From: Bacteroidota bacterium
GTDB taxonomy: Bacteria; Bacteroidota; Ignavibacteria; Kapaibacteriales; UBA961
Length of the DNA stretch: 64,000 bases
Assembly (NCBI GenBank): GCA_041191145.1
Contig: JBEEPK010000002.1
Span: 3,539 to 67,538 of the forward strand
Direction: 5' to 3'
The position numbers and the translations under genes are program-made. The first letter of the stretch is position 1; the number at the start of each line of letters is the position of its first letter. The notes beneath the pieces were generated by a model. The model was not told where the DNA came from. It searched no databases and worked only from the letters and a program-made list of their open reading frames with translations. Shown here one piece after another: positions 38,068-48,672 of this stretch.

Positions 38068-40998
38068 TTAGCTTAATTTCCTTTTGACTTCAACTTGCTT
38101 ATAAGCTTCGATGATATCTCCGACTTGAATGTCATTGAAACCATTGATGCTCATACCACATTCATAGTTGCTATCAACTTCTCTCACATCATCTTTGAAG
38201 CGTTTGAGTGCGGACAATGTTGAATTATAAACAGGGAAGCCGTCTCGCAGAACACGAACACGATCATTTCTATTGATTTTACCAGATGTTACATAACAAC
38301 CAGCAACAGTTCCAATTTTGCTAATCTTGAATACTTGGCGAATCTCTGCTGCACCGGTGATTTCTTCTTTAATCTCGGGGGAGAGAAGTCCTTCGAGTGC
38401 CATTTGAATTTCATTGATACAGTCATAGATGATTGTATACAATCGTATGTCAACACCTTCATTTTCTGCTGATTTACGAGCTTGTGATGTTGGTGAAACA
38501 TGGAAACCAACCACAACTGCACTGGATGCAGCTGCCAACATGACATCCGACTCTGAGATTGGTCCGACACCTTTGTGAAGAATCGTAACCTTGGCTTCAT
38601 CTCTAGAAAGTTTCTGCAATGAATCAGACAATGCTTCCAATGAACCACTAACATCACCTTTGATGATAAGTCGCAATTCTTTTGTTCCACCACGCAAGAT
38701 ATCTTGAGAAATCTCATCGAGGGTGGTTGGTCGCATTTGCTTGAATGTTTGTTCGCGCTTGAGTTGTTGTCTCTTGGTTGCAATTGCTCTCGCTTCGGTT
38801 TCTTGTTCAAGTACTGCAAATAAATCACCTGCCTGAGGAGCGCCATCAAAACCAGATACTTGAACGGGAACAGATGGACCTGCTTTCTCAACACGATTTC
38901 CGCGTTCATCAAACATTGCACGAACTCTACCGGAATAAATACCTGCTACGAATGCATCACCAATGGAAAGCGAACCTTTTTGAACCATAACGGTTGCCAA
39001 AACACCCTTTCCTTTGTCTAGATGAGCTTCAATAACTGTACCTCTCGCAATGCGGTCAGGATTTGCTTTAAGATTCAAAATCTCCGCCTCTAAGAGAATC
39101 TTCTCCATGAGACCTTCAATATTGATACCTTTCTTTGCAGAAATATGAGCACATTGATATTTTCCGCCCCATTCTTCAACCAATACACCGCGATCTGCTA
39201 ATTGTTGCTTCACGCGATCAGGATTTGCATCTTCTTTGTCGATTTTATTCAATGCAACAACAATGGGAACATTGGCTGCTTGAGCATGGCTGATGGCTTC
39301 TATTGTTTGAGGCATAACATTGTCATCGGCTGCAACAACAAGAACGACGATATCAGTTACTTGAGCTCCTCTGGCACGCATTGCTGTAAATGCTTCATGT
39401 CCGGGAGTATCAAGGAAAGCAATTGTACGACCATCGGGCAAATCAACATGATAAGCGCCAATATGCTGAGTAATACCACCAGATTCACCGGCTACAACAT
39501 TAGCTTTTCTGATATAATCGAGAAGTGATGTCTTACCATGATCCACATGACCCATGATGGTAACTATCGGTGGACGAGTTACAAGTGTATCTTCTGCATC
39601 TTCAATGTCTGTGATCTCTTGTGCGGCTTGTTCATCTAGGAATTCTACTTGGAATCCATAATCATCAGCAATCAATGTAATTGTGTCTTTGTCGAGTCTT
39701 TGATTAATGCTCACCATTAATCCCAAAGACATACACTTTACGATGATTTCTGCAGCTGTTGTGCCCATCAGTGCAGCAAGATCGGCAGTAGTCACAAATT
39801 CAGTTAGGCGGAGAATTGTACTTTCGCGTTCAACTTCTTCAATACGGCGAGCCTCTTTTTCTTCGCGCTCCATTTTCTTTCTTTGCTTGAGCTTATTTCT
39901 GAAACCGGAACCGGAATCTTCCATGCCGGATAGGGTTTCACGAATTGCTCTTGTTACATCCTCTTCGGTGATTGTCTCACGAATGGATTTCTTTTTCTTT
40001 TTCTTCTTATCTATTCCTTTCGCATCTTTTGGAGGTGCTGGACGAAGATTCTTCTTTGCTGCTTTGTCTTTATCTTCCTCCGTTTTGGCTGGAGCAAGAC
40101 CTAATCCACCCTCTTGACCTTTAGCGCGAAGTCTTTCGCCGATGGATTGCTGATTTCCTGCTGTAGGTCTATTTGGCCTACGATCATTATCTCTACTATC
40201 TCTACGCTCTCCACCTGCACCTTGTTGTTGCTGTGGACGATCTCCGGTTTTTTTTGCATTTCGATCGGGACGACCATATCTGCCACCTTCTTCTCTGCGA
40301 GAGGAGACATCAATTTTTCCAACAACAGTTAAGCCACGAAGCTGAGGCATTGCTCCTGCTTCATACTCAACTTCCATGATGCGTTTCTTTCTCTTCTTTT
40401 TTGGATCTTTGGAGTCATCTTCTTGAGATACTGCTTCAGATTCCACCGGAGTAGTATTTTCGACTACCTCTTCAGCTTCCTTGACAACTTCAACTTCAGG
40501 TGTCTTTATCTCTACTAGTTCGGCTACTGGTATAGTCTCAGGTTGTGGCTCGATTTCTTTTTTGATTTCAATATGAATTGTTTCCGGCTCAGAAGGCTCG
40601 GGCATGACTTCCGGTTCAGATGCTACTTCTTCAATTGGAGCCTCAATGATTTTCTCTTTCGATTCAACCATTACCGGTTCTTCAATTTCTACAGGTATAT
40701 TAGTAACGGGAATTTCTTCAATGATCGCTTCTTCAATATGTGACGATTCTTCAGAATCACCCTTTTCAGGATTGCGAGCATGATGATATTTTTCTAGTTT
40801 CTCTCTCTGCTTTTCAGCTGCTTTCGCTTCACGGGCAAATTTGTCCATGACTACTTCCACCATCTCATCATTTAAGACAGATGTTGGTTTGTTTTCAATG
40901 GTGAATCCTTTTCCTTGAAGGAATTCAACAATGGCATCCTTCCCAATATTAATCTGGGAGGCAAGCTTAAAAAGACGTGTTCCGTTAGATGCAGGCAT
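38068..40998 (-). CDS. infB: Translation initiation factor IF-2
   Basis: G-domain 'IMGHVDHGKTSLLD' and 'DTPGH' motifs. Long charged N-terminal region. Confidence 0.95.
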   Translation of the reverse strand: MPASNGTRLFKLASQINIGKDAIVEFLQGKGFTIENKPTSVLNDEMVEVVMDKFAREAKAAEKQREKLEKYHHARNPEKGDSEESSHIEEAIIEEIPVTNIPVEIEEPVMVESKEKIIEAPIEEVASEPEVMPEPSEPETIHIEIKKEIEPQPETIPVAELVEIKTPEVEVVKEAEEVVENTTPVESEAVSQEDDSKDPKKKRKKRIMEVEYEAGAMPQLRGLTVVGKIDVSSRREEGGRYGRPDRNAKKTGDRPQQQQGAGGERRDSRDNDRRPNRPTAGNQQSIGERLRAKGQEGGLGLAPAKTEEDKDKAAKKNLRPAPPKDAKGIDKKKKKKKSIRETITEEDVTRAIRETLSGMEDSGSGFRNKLKQRKKMEREEKEARRIEEVERESTILRLTEFVTTADLAALMGTTAAEIIVKCMSLGLMVSINQRLDKDTITLIADDYGFQVEFLDEQAAQEITDIEDAEDTLVTRPPIVTIMGHVDHGKTSLLDYIRKANVVAGESGGITQHIGAYHVDLPDGRTIAFLDTPGHEAFTAMRARGAQVTDIVVLVVAADDNVMPQTIEAISHAQAANVPIVVALNKIDKEDANPDRVKQQLADRGVLVEEWGGKYQCAHISAKKGINIEGLMEKILLEAEILNLKANPDRIARGTVIEAHLDKGKGVLATVMVQKGSLSIGDAFVAGIYSGRVRAMFDERGNRVEKAGPSVPVQVSGFDGAPQAGDLFAVLEQETEARAIATKRQQLKREQTFKQMRPTTLDEISQDILRGGTKELRLIIKGDVSGSLEALSDSLQKLSRDEAKVTILHKGVGPISESDVMLAAASSAVVVGFHVSPTSQARKSAENEGVDIRLYTIIYDCINEIQMALEGLLSPEIKEEITGAAEIRQVFKISKIGTVAGCYVTSGKINRNDRVRVLRDGFPVYNSTLSALKRFKDDVREVDSNYECGMSINGFNDIQVGDIIEAYKQVEVKRKLS

Positions 40999-41070
40999 AC
41001 AACCTATGGTTGAATGTTAAAAAAAAACGAATGCATGAACTTTCATGCAATATTCCGGCTACAGGCTCAA

Positions 41071-42423
41071 TTATTCTGCAGAATCTTCATCTGCAGTTGA
41101 ATCATCCGGAAAAGTATTGGCTACAAGAATCGCATCGCGAATCTCGGATCTTTCTTGTTCTTCAAATTCAGACAATATGATGTCTCTGATTTCAAGAAGA
41201 GTGTTCTTTGTCATGCCGGGTATTTCCAGCAAATCATAAATATCGGCATCAAGGAATTCTCTTGCTGTGTCAATTCCAAGATTAATGATATTCTCATACA
41301 TTTCTTTACCGATTTCATCTCTGAATTCGATAAGCTCGATGTCTTCTCCACCTTCTTTGATCAATGTGATATTGTAGCCTGTCAATTTGGATGCAAGGCG
41401 AACATTTTGTCCATTGCGACCAATGGCAAGGGAAACCTGATCATCGGGCACAACAACGGTTGCAGATCTTGTTTCTGTGGATACAACGATATCACGAATG
41501 CGTGCTGGAGCCAATGCCTTCGCAATGAAAACTTTTGGATCCGCTGAATATTCAATCACATCAATGTTTTCATTGTTCAGTTCGCGAACGATTGAGTGAA
41601 TGCGAATTCCTTTCATTCCTACGCAAGCGCCCACAGGATCGACTCTTTCATCATATGATAATACAGCAACCTTGGCTCTTTCTCCGGGATCACGAGCGAT
41701 GGACTTGATTTCTATGATTCCATCATATACTTCGGGGATTTCAATTTCAAAAAGGCGTGCGAGGAATTCATCAGCAGATCTGGAAACGATGATGTCAGGC
41801 GTGCCACTGCCTTGCATTCTACGTACTTCCTTGATAACTGCCTTGATGGACATATTTTTCTTATATCGCTCATTGTGAATCTGTTCTTCTCGTGGCATGC
41901 GCATTTCATTTTTATTGTGCATGATGAGAAGACTTCCTGGGCGAACTTGATATACTTCACCTACAATGATTTCACCGACTTTGTCATTGAATTCATTGAA
42001 AATATTGTCCTTTTCAACATCACGTATTCTTTGTCCCAAAGTTTGAGTGGCAAGCGCAATCAATCTTCTTCCAAAGTTATCTGAAATGTTTTCAAGGGTG
42101 ATTTCTTCAATAAATTCATCGCCGATCTCATACGCTTCTTCGGAACGAGATTGTATTTCTTTCATGGAGATTTCCAGAGAAGGATCTTCCACCTCTTCAA
42201 CGATTGTACGCATGAGATAGATTTCCAAATCACCTTTGTCCATGTTTACAACGATGTCGAAATTAGCTTCCTGACCATACTTTTTTCTAATCAGCATGGA
42301 GAGTGTTTCGACAAGCATACCTTGCAATAGGTCTTTGTCAATGCTTTTTTCTCTTGCCATTTCTGCGAATGCTTCGATGATAAGCTTTTTGTCGTACTTA
42401 GGTTTGACTTTACGGCGTGCCAT
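41071..42423 (-). CDS. nusA: Transcription termination/antitermination factor NusA
   Basis: S1, KH1 and KH2 motifs. Acidic C-terminal repeats. Confidence 0.95.
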   Translation of the reverse strand: MARRKVKPKYDKKLIIEAFAEMAREKSIDKDLLQGMLVETLSMLIRKKYGQEANFDIVVNMDKGDLEIYLMRTIVEEVEDPSLEISMKEIQSRSEEAYEIGDEFIEEITLENISDNFGRRLIALATQTLGQRIRDVEKDNIFNEFNDKVGEIIVGEVYQVRPGSLLIMHNKNEMRMPREEQIHNERYKKNMSIKAVIKEVRRMQGSGTPDIIVSRSADEFLARLFEIEIPEVYDGIIEIKSIARDPGERAKVAVLSYDERVDPVGACVGMKGIRIHSIVRELNNENIDVIEYSADPKVFIAKALAPARIRDIVVSTETRSATVVVPDDQVSLAIGRNGQNVRLASKLTGYNITLIKEGGEDIELIEFRDEIGKEMYENIINLGIDTAREFLDADIYDLLEIPGMTKNTLLEIRDIILSEFEEQERSEIRDAILVANTFPDDSTADEDSAE

Positions 42424-42464
42424 TGTGTTGACTATGTGTAATGTGATACTATCTATGCAATCTA

Positions 42465-42950
42465 TTACAGCGAAATGAGAACGATTGCTTTATGAATTTC
42501 TGAATAGGGTAAAGAGAATGTCGTATCTTCGTCGGCCTTGTTCTTGCTTTTCTTCTTCGGCTGTTGAACAATGAGTTTCTGTTCATCAGCTTCAAGCAAT
42601 GTCAATGATTCGGTGATTTGAGCATCTTCTTTTGTATATGTCAATTCTAGTGTTCTGCCTATATTCCTAGGAAATTGCCACCAGTGAATCAGCGGTCTAT
42701 CAGTCCCCGGAGAAGAAACTTCTATGCTGCGGACAGCATCCAAAAAGGCATTGGACTCAGCTTCGATAAGTAATGCACGATTGATTGACTCGCATTGCTC
42801 AAGTGAAATTCCTGCTGGTGTATCCACATATAATTCAAGAATCATGCGCTCTTTTGTTCCTCGCAAAACAACATCTATCAGCGTTGCATGCTGTGCTGAA
42901 CAAGCAGATTCTAATATTGGGCGGATATCGCCAGGTAATTCCAATGGCAT
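42465..42950 (-). CDS. rimP: Ribosome maturation factor RimP
   Basis: Immediately upstream of nusA. 'LELYVDTPAGISLEQCE' motif. Confidence 0.85.
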   Translation of the reverse strand: MPLELPGDIRPILESACSAQHATLIDVVLRGTKERMILELYVDTPAGISLEQCESINRALLIEAESNAFLDAVRSIEVSSPGTDRPLIHWWQFPRNIGRTLELTYTKEDAQITESLTLLEADEQKLIVQQPKKKSKNKADEDTTFSLPYSEIHKAIVLISL

Positions 42951-43023
42951 GATATAATGTCAACAATCCATACAAACAAAAAAGGGACTTCCGCTGAGAA
43001 GACCCAATCACACATGCAAATAT

Positions 43024-45009
43024 ATGTCTTTTTTTAGTTCATCGGCATTTTCGACTTGTAAATTCTTCATTATCACCATTTTATGTGTGATTGTACAAAT
43101 GTTGCATTTTAGTTTGTCACTCCAAGCAAGTTCGGATGACTCCACGTCGCTTTACATAGTAAAACCAATTGTGAAAGTTGCTGATTCTTCATCTTTCCTT
43201 CTAATAAATGGCAAATATTCATTTAAAAAGTCATTGAGTAATGAATTGCAAGGATTTTTGGGGAATAGTCGGTTGCAAGCGATTTCAATGCTCATTCCTT
43301 CGATAGAATTGCGTGATTATGGTGGGCCCGGAGCATTGAATTTATTCTCCATTCGTGGATTGGGTCCATTGAGAAATGTCATACTCTTGGATGGCATCCC
43401 TCTTACATCTTCTCAATCGGGTCTTTTTGACATTTCCTCAATTGCGATGTTTCCGGGACAATCCATTGAAATGGACATGGGTGGTGGTTCATCAATTATT
43501 GGAAGTGGAGCAATGTCTGGAATATTGGATATATCAATGAATTCCCTTACTGATACAAGCTTTGCTTCCATTTCGGGAGGAATTGGGAGTTTTGGTGAAG
43601 AAATATACCGAATCGGAGGCGGTATTGCGAATAACTCTACATCATTCATGGTGAATACTGACCATTTGAGTTTTGATGGCACATTTCCTATCCGATTTCA
43701 ACCAACTGGTAATGTACCATCTATATCAGTTGAAAGAGGAAATGCTGGGAATTCCAAAATGAATGTCTTTGCTCGAGTTTCACATCATTGCAAGGAAGAA
43801 AAGCTGAAAGCAACTTTCTGGACTTCATTTGTGAATGGCGATAGAGGAGTTCCGGGTGCTGTTCTTACCGGAAAAATAGAGGATTCAGAAGCTAGTTTTG
43901 GGGATCAGGATTTTATGATTGCAGGTAATGTCAATGCTATTGTCTCAAATAGGTCAACTATTAATGTAAAAACTTCACTTCGTACATCATGGAGCTATTT
44001 CAGGGATCCATTTGCTTTATATGCGGGCAATGAGGGAGCCAAATATGTGTTTTCAACAAAAGAATTATTCTCACAAGCTGAATTATTGCTGATGCCTTCT
44101 CATGAAATTATCATCAAATCAGGTGCAGTATTTGCACATGCTGACCTTAGAGGTGAATTGTTACAACCTTTTGCAGGAGATAACCCCTCAAGAACTACAG
44201 GTGCATTATTTACCAGATGGATGATGAATATTGAAGAACATGATATTGATGCTGGTTTACGATTGGATGCATTCAGTGATCAACAAGGACCCGCATTTTC
44301 CGGTCATTTGGCCATTGCTCAAGAAATCTTGTCGGGATATACTATATCAGGAAAGGTAACTCGAGATTTTCGAGTGCCTTCTTTTAATGAATTGTATTAT
44401 CTCAATTATGGTACTCAGTTTCTCAAACCAGAAACTTCAATGGGAATTGATATTGGCTGCTCTTATGATGAGGGAGATGTAAAAGGTGAAATCTCTATCT
44501 ATCACATGCAGGTAAAAGATCAAATTCTAGCAATGCCGATTTCTCCAGTACAATGGAGAGCCAGTAATATCGGCATGGTATGGTCTTCCGGTATTGAAGC
44601 ATCTTTTGGACATAAGATTTCTATTATCAATGGAGCGATACAATGCAACTATGCATTCAAACATGTCATAGATAAGAGCCCTGAATCTGATACGTATGAA
44701 AGTAGTATACCATATGTGCCAAAACACACATTTTCTTCCACTTTGATTTCGACTTTTTCTACACATTCTTTGGGAATAATGGTAACAGCCATAGGAGAAC
44801 GCTATGGTATGTTGGGGGAATTGCCTGAATCTAAAATGAATCCTGTGATACTTGTCAATCCCCATGCTGAATTACGAATGCGATTATTAGACGGGATGCT
44901 TAGAATCAGAGGTGAAATTCGCAATCTTCTCAATGAAGAATACCAAATGATTCTCAATTTCCCACTTCCCGGAAGATCCTATATTATATCAATGGGGTAT
45001 GATCTGTAG
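43024..45009 (+). CDS. TonB-dependent outer-membrane receptor
   Basis: Plug-domain motif 'LFSIRGLGPLRNVILLDGIPL'. C-terminal beta-barrel ending in 'YIISMGYDL'. The exact start is uncertain. Confidence 0.75.
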   Translation: MSFFSSSAFSTCKFFIITILCVIVQMLHFSLSLQASSDDSTSLYIVKPIVKVADSSSFLLINGKYSFKKSLSNELQGFLGNSRLQAISMLIPSIELRDYGGPGALNLFSIRGLGPLRNVILLDGIPLTSSQSGLFDISSIAMFPGQSIEMDMGGGSSIIGSGAMSGILDISMNSLTDTSFASISGGIGSFGEEIYRIGGGIANNSTSFMVNTDHLSFDGTFPIRFQPTGNVPSISVERGNAGNSKMNVFARVSHHCKEEKLKATFWTSFVNGDRGVPGAVLTGKIEDSEASFGDQDFMIAGNVNAIVSNRSTINVKTSLRTSWSYFRDPFALYAGNEGAKYVFSTKELFSQAELLLMPSHEIIIKSGAVFAHADLRGELLQPFAGDNPSRTTGALFTRWMMNIEEHDIDAGLRLDAFSDQQGPAFSGHLAIAQEILSGYTISGKVTRDFRVPSFNELYYLNYGTQFLKPETSMGIDIGCSYDEGDVKGEISIYHMQVKDQILAMPISPVQWRASNIGMVWSSGIEASFGHKISIINGAIQCNYAFKHVIDKSPESDTYESSIPYVPKHTFSSTLISTFSTHSLGIMVTAIGERYGMLGELPESKMNPVILVNPHAELRMRLLDGMLRIRGEIRNLLNEEYQMILNFPLPGRSYIISMGYDL

Positions 45010-45114
45010 TATCAAGGGAATTGTGATGGAAAACAAGGGCAGATGCAGTATATTTGTCATTACAATTTCGGGCATATACCCATTTTTGCTTCTCTTTAGA
45101 TCATCGGAGTCACA

Positions 45115-45669
45115 ATGATCATCGTCATGTTTGGAGCCCCCGGAGTGGGCAAAGGAACACAAGCCGCAATTCTTGCCGAGCGTAAAGGAGTTCAACATCT
45201 CTCAACCGGTGAAGCATTCCGTTCAGCCATCTCTGCCGGAACCGAACTCGGAAAAACTGCTCAAAGCTATGTACAATCTGGTGGTTTGGTACCGGATGAC
45301 ATCGTGACTGGAATCGTGGAAGAAGCAATGTCAAAAGCAGAATATGATTTGGGAGTCATACTTGATGGTTTCCCCAGAACACTTGGTCAGGCACAAGCAT
45401 TGGATGCATTGTTGGAAAAGCAGGGAAAAGCGATTGCTCATATTGTAAATATTACCGTTGACAATGATGAAATTGTAAAGAGAATGCTATTGAGGGGTAG
45501 ACAAGATGACAATGAGGATATCATAAGGCATCGTTTGAATGTTTATAATGAGCAGACAGCTCCATTATTGGAGTATTATGCAGGATCGGGAAAAATGCTG
45601 AATATTGATGGCGATGCAGATGTAGAAACTGTCTATTCACGCATTGATAACAGTATTATGGGTCTATGA
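45115..45669 (+). CDS. adk: Adenylate kinase
   Basis: P-loop 'GAPGVGKGTQA' and the LID region. Confidence 0.9.
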   Translation: MIIVMFGAPGVGKGTQAAILAERKGVQHLSTGEAFRSAISAGTELGKTAQSYVQSGGLVPDDIVTGIVEEAMSKAEYDLGVILDGFPRTLGQAQALDALLEKQGKAIAHIVNITVDNDEIVKRMLLRGRQDDNEDIIRHRLNVYNEQTAPLLEYYAGSGKMLNIDGDADVETVYSRIDNSIMGL

Positions 45670-45732
45670 TTTACAGCGGGAACATTTACTTCTGATGCTA
45701 TGTTCGAGGTGATTGAATTATAGGCAATCACC

Positions 45733-46182
45733 ATGCACTCCTTTACTCGCAACATAATCATCAGATCACCGATAGAAGAAGTATTTCTCTTCCACACTGA
45801 TGTGAATAATCTTATTCGCATCACTCCACCATTCATTAAAGTTATTGTTGAACATGCTGATCCTGCTGGTCAGGGACAAAGAGTCAATTTGCTTGTGAAG
45901 CAGTTTGGCTTTATTCCAATGCGGATGCACATGGAATTTTTCCTCTTTGACTATCCTTCTTGCTTGGCAGACAGACAAGTCAAAGGTCCATTCAAGAAAA
46001 TGGTGCAATACAGATATTTTGAGGATATGGGCGGGGGATATACTCGAATGCGCGATGTGTTTGAATATGAATTGCCTTTTGGCAGACTTGGAATATTGGC
46101 ACATTCACTACTCATCCGAAAAATGATAGAGCAAATGTTTAGACATAGGCAGAATATCACAAAAAAATTACTTGAGATGTAA
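45733..46182 (+). CDS. SRPBCC-superfamily protein (polyketide cyclase/dehydrase-like)
   Basis: START/Bet v1-like N-terminal motif 'IIIRSPIEEVFLFHTDVNNLIRITPPF'. Confidence 0.6.
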   Translation: MHSFTRNIIIRSPIEEVFLFHTDVNNLIRITPPFIKVIVEHADPAGQGQRVNLLVKQFGFIPMRMHMEFFLFDYPSCLADRQVKGPFKKMVQYRYFEDMGGGYTRMRDVFEYELPFGRLGILAHSLLIRKMIEQMFRHRQNITKKLLEM

Positions 46183-46184
46183 AG

Positions 46185-46943
46185 CTAGGCCGATTGTGCA
46201 ATTGCCAAAAATGATTCCACATTCAAAGATGCACCACCAATCAGCGCACCATCTATATTTGGCATGGCGAAATATGCAGATGCATTCTCGGGTTTTACAC
46301 TTCCACCATATAAAATTCGAATCATGTCTGATTGACCGGGAAGATATTCATAAAGAATCGATCGTATGAATTTGTGGACATTCTCTGCCTCATTGGGATC
46401 TGCGGCAAGTCCTGTACCTATCGCCCACACAGGTTCATATGCGATTACAATGTCAGAAGTCAAAATAGATTCCAAGATTGCTTCATTCTTCAACATTGAC
46501 AATAATTGTTCCCTTACAATTCCTTCGAAATTCCCTGCATTTCTTTCTTCCAAAGTTTCTCCAATGCATATGATTGGTATCATGCCGGCTTTTAAGACAG
46601 CGTGACACTTATGTGCAATTATCTCATTGGATTCATTGAATAAAACCCTTCTTTCAGAGTGGCCGATAATCACATATTCCACGCCCATCGATGCAAGCAT
46701 CAAAGGTGAGATTTCTCCGGTATATGCACCAAATTCATGGTAATCACAGTTTTGAGCACCCAAGCTAATGGTAGCATCATTACTTTCAATAATGACAGAA
46801 CACTGTGCCAAATGCGTGAATGGTGGACATATGAGTATCTCAGTCTCCGATGAGATACTCTTCATTCCCTCACAAATATCATGCGTGAGAAGCATGCCTT
46901 CATGAGGCAATAAATTCATTTTCCAATTACCGGCAATTAACAT
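46185..46943 (-). CDS. tpiA: Triose-phosphate isomerase
   Basis: 'LIAGNWKMN' and 'AYEPVWAIGTG' signatures. Confidence 0.95.
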   Translation of the reverse strand: MLIAGNWKMNLLPHEGMLLTHDICEGMKSISSETEILICPPFTHLAQCSVIIESNDATISLGAQNCDYHEFGAYTGEISPLMLASMGVEYVIIGHSERRVLFNESNEIIAHKCHAVLKAGMIPIICIGETLEERNAGNFEGIVREQLLSMLKNEAILESILTSDIVIAYEPVWAIGTGLAADPNEAENVHKFIRSILYEYLPGQSDMIRILYGGSVKPENASAYFAMPNIDGALIGGASLNVESFLAIAQSA

Positions 46944-46946
46944 GCA

Positions 46947-47720
46947 TCACCATTCTGCTGAAGGATCAATTCGGAATACTTCTGTCATTTCTTCAAGCAA
47001 TGGTTGTAGATGATCTGAATGAAAGCCTTTGCGACCACCATATACAGGAGTAATGGTCTCACGAGAAGGAATAGTTAAACCTGCTTTCTCGCAAATTGCT
47101 TGAATTCTTTCATGCCATGCTTTTTCAAGTTCTTGCTCACCATTGAAAATCTTCTGTTCAATCAAAATGTGTTCGGATTCGGAAGGTTCGAAAATACCTA
47201 GAGCCAAAGGATAACACTCATTTAATGCACTCTGCATTCTTGATTTACTTTCTTCATTACCTTGTGCACCTAATTGAATAATCCAAGTATCAGCATGAAA
47301 TACGTGATATTTTATTTCGCCACGGATCTTGGTTGACAATTTTGCTAAAGGTTGATAAGAACTTCGTTCAAGCATTTCAAAACGCAATAGTTCTGCGCTA
47401 TCAAAAAGAAAATGTCTCATTAAACTGAAATCATATCCACCAATAGGATATTCCACAAAGTGACAACAAGTATAATCTTTCTCATTTCTCGTGAATGCAG
47501 TGATATCAGGCTCCGGTTCACCTAATTGTTCAAGCAAAGTATAGAGAGCCAATGCATGGCCTATCTTATCTTGAGCAATGGATGAAAATGCGATGTCTTC
47601 TTCCAAAATAGGTCCTAATCCTGTCCATTCTGAATTTCTATGAGCAATGATGAGTGCATCATCTGCCATGTGATAGAGAAGGTCTTTGAGTGCTTTGATT
47701 GATGTTTGATCTTGTGTCAT
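46947..47720 (-). CDS. PaaC-like ferritin-fold protein (phenylacetic acid catabolic protein family), stand-alone
   Basis: 'LIIAHRNSEWTGLGPILEEDIAFSSIAQDKIGHA' resembles the PaaC/PaaA family signature. The internal start 'MTQDQ' is preferred. Confidence 0.5.
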   Translation of the reverse strand: MTQDQTSIKALKDLLYHMADDALIIAHRNSEWTGLGPILEEDIAFSSIAQDKIGHALALYTLLEQLGEPEPDITAFTRNEKDYTCCHFVEYPIGGYDFSLMRHFLFDSAELLRFEMLERSSYQPLAKLSTKIRGEIKYHVFHADTWIIQLGAQGNEESKSRMQSALNECYPLALGIFEPSESEHILIEQKIFNGEQELEKAWHERIQAICEKAGLTIPSRETITPVYGGRKGFHSDHLQPLLEEMTEVFRIDPSAEW

Positions 47721-47850
47721 TGTTATATCTCCGATTGAAATCACATACAAACATACAATAGTTACTGCTATGCATTGATATATCCAATTCCACTGCTTGT
47801 TCATTAGGTAATCATGAGTATATTTGGAGGTTAAAAGGAAGCATTACAAC

Positions 47851-48666
47851 ATGGTAAAAAATCTACTATTTCTGGTCATCAGTCTTTTTGCACTCTGTGG
47901 AGTGATGGTACAAGCCGATTTGACTGAAATTTTGAGCTTTGGTGCACCCCCTTCTTCAACAGGTGCCCCCGGTGAAATTACTTGTGCTGAATCTGGTTGT
48001 CATGATGATGGACCAATTCCACAGAATCATGTATCTCATACACTGAGTTTAGAAACGAGAAATGGTGTTTTCATTCCCGGTGATACTGCATTGATCACTA
48101 TTCATGTACAAGACCCTGAAGTTCAGAGATTCGGTTTTCAATTGACTGCAATAAATGAAAATGGAAAGGCATTGGGAGAATTTTTGATTACAGATTCTAT
48201 GCATACTCAGATGATGCAAAATCATGTGAATCTGACGGATAGAGAATATGTGACATATACAAAAGCGGGAACACTTGCACAGCAAAGAGGGAAGCATTCT
48301 TGGACTTTTAAATGGATCATACCACAAACACAGTCTAGTTTTGCCAGGTTTTACCTTGCAACAGTTTCAGCGAATAATGACAATAGAGATAAAGGTGATA
48401 GAGTATTTCTGAGAGACACTATCATTTCTCTTCAGAAAGTAAATTCTGTGCTTGATAATAAAGAAATCTCGATTGAGCAAAAAGGTAAAAACTTGATCGT
48501 GCATCAAGAATTCAATCCCAAACCGATAAAAGTCTACACAATATTAGGTGATATCTACAGAGAATATCCCGGTAATTATGTTCAATCAAGTATTGATCTT
48601 ACTGATTTTCCAAATGGATTGTATGTATTGAAAACCGGTAATATTCTTCATTCATTTATTCCTTGA
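47851..48666 (+). CDS. Secreted protein with N-terminal 'STGAPGEITCAESGCH' motif and T9SS-like C-terminal sorting domain (paralog A)
   Basis: Signal peptide MVKNLLFLVISLFALCGVMVQA. Shared motifs with the downstream paralog. C-terminal 'LTDFPNGLYVLKTGNILHSFIP' matches a Por_Secre_tail pattern. Confidence 0.6.
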   Translation: MVKNLLFLVISLFALCGVMVQADLTEILSFGAPPSSTGAPGEITCAESGCHDDGPIPQNHVSHTLSLETRNGVFIPGDTALITIHVQDPEVQRFGFQLTAINENGKALGEFLITDSMHTQMMQNHVNLTDREYVTYTKAGTLAQQRGKHSWTFKWIIPQTQSSFARFYLATVSANNDNRDKGDRVFLRDTIISLQKVNSVLDNKEISIEQKGKNLIVHQEFNPKPIKVYTILGDIYREYPGNYVQSSIDLTDFPNGLYVLKTGNILHSFIP

Positions 48667-48672
48667 CATACA

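Noticed and set aside
38289-40117. Several 100-210-aa ORFs on either strand inside infB
   Set aside because: Embedded in the well-supported IF-2 gene. Low-complexity translations.
42951-43023. Cobalamin or other riboswitch upstream of the TonB-dependent receptor
   Set aside because: No conserved B12-box-like or other riboswitch core motif is recognisable in the short leader.
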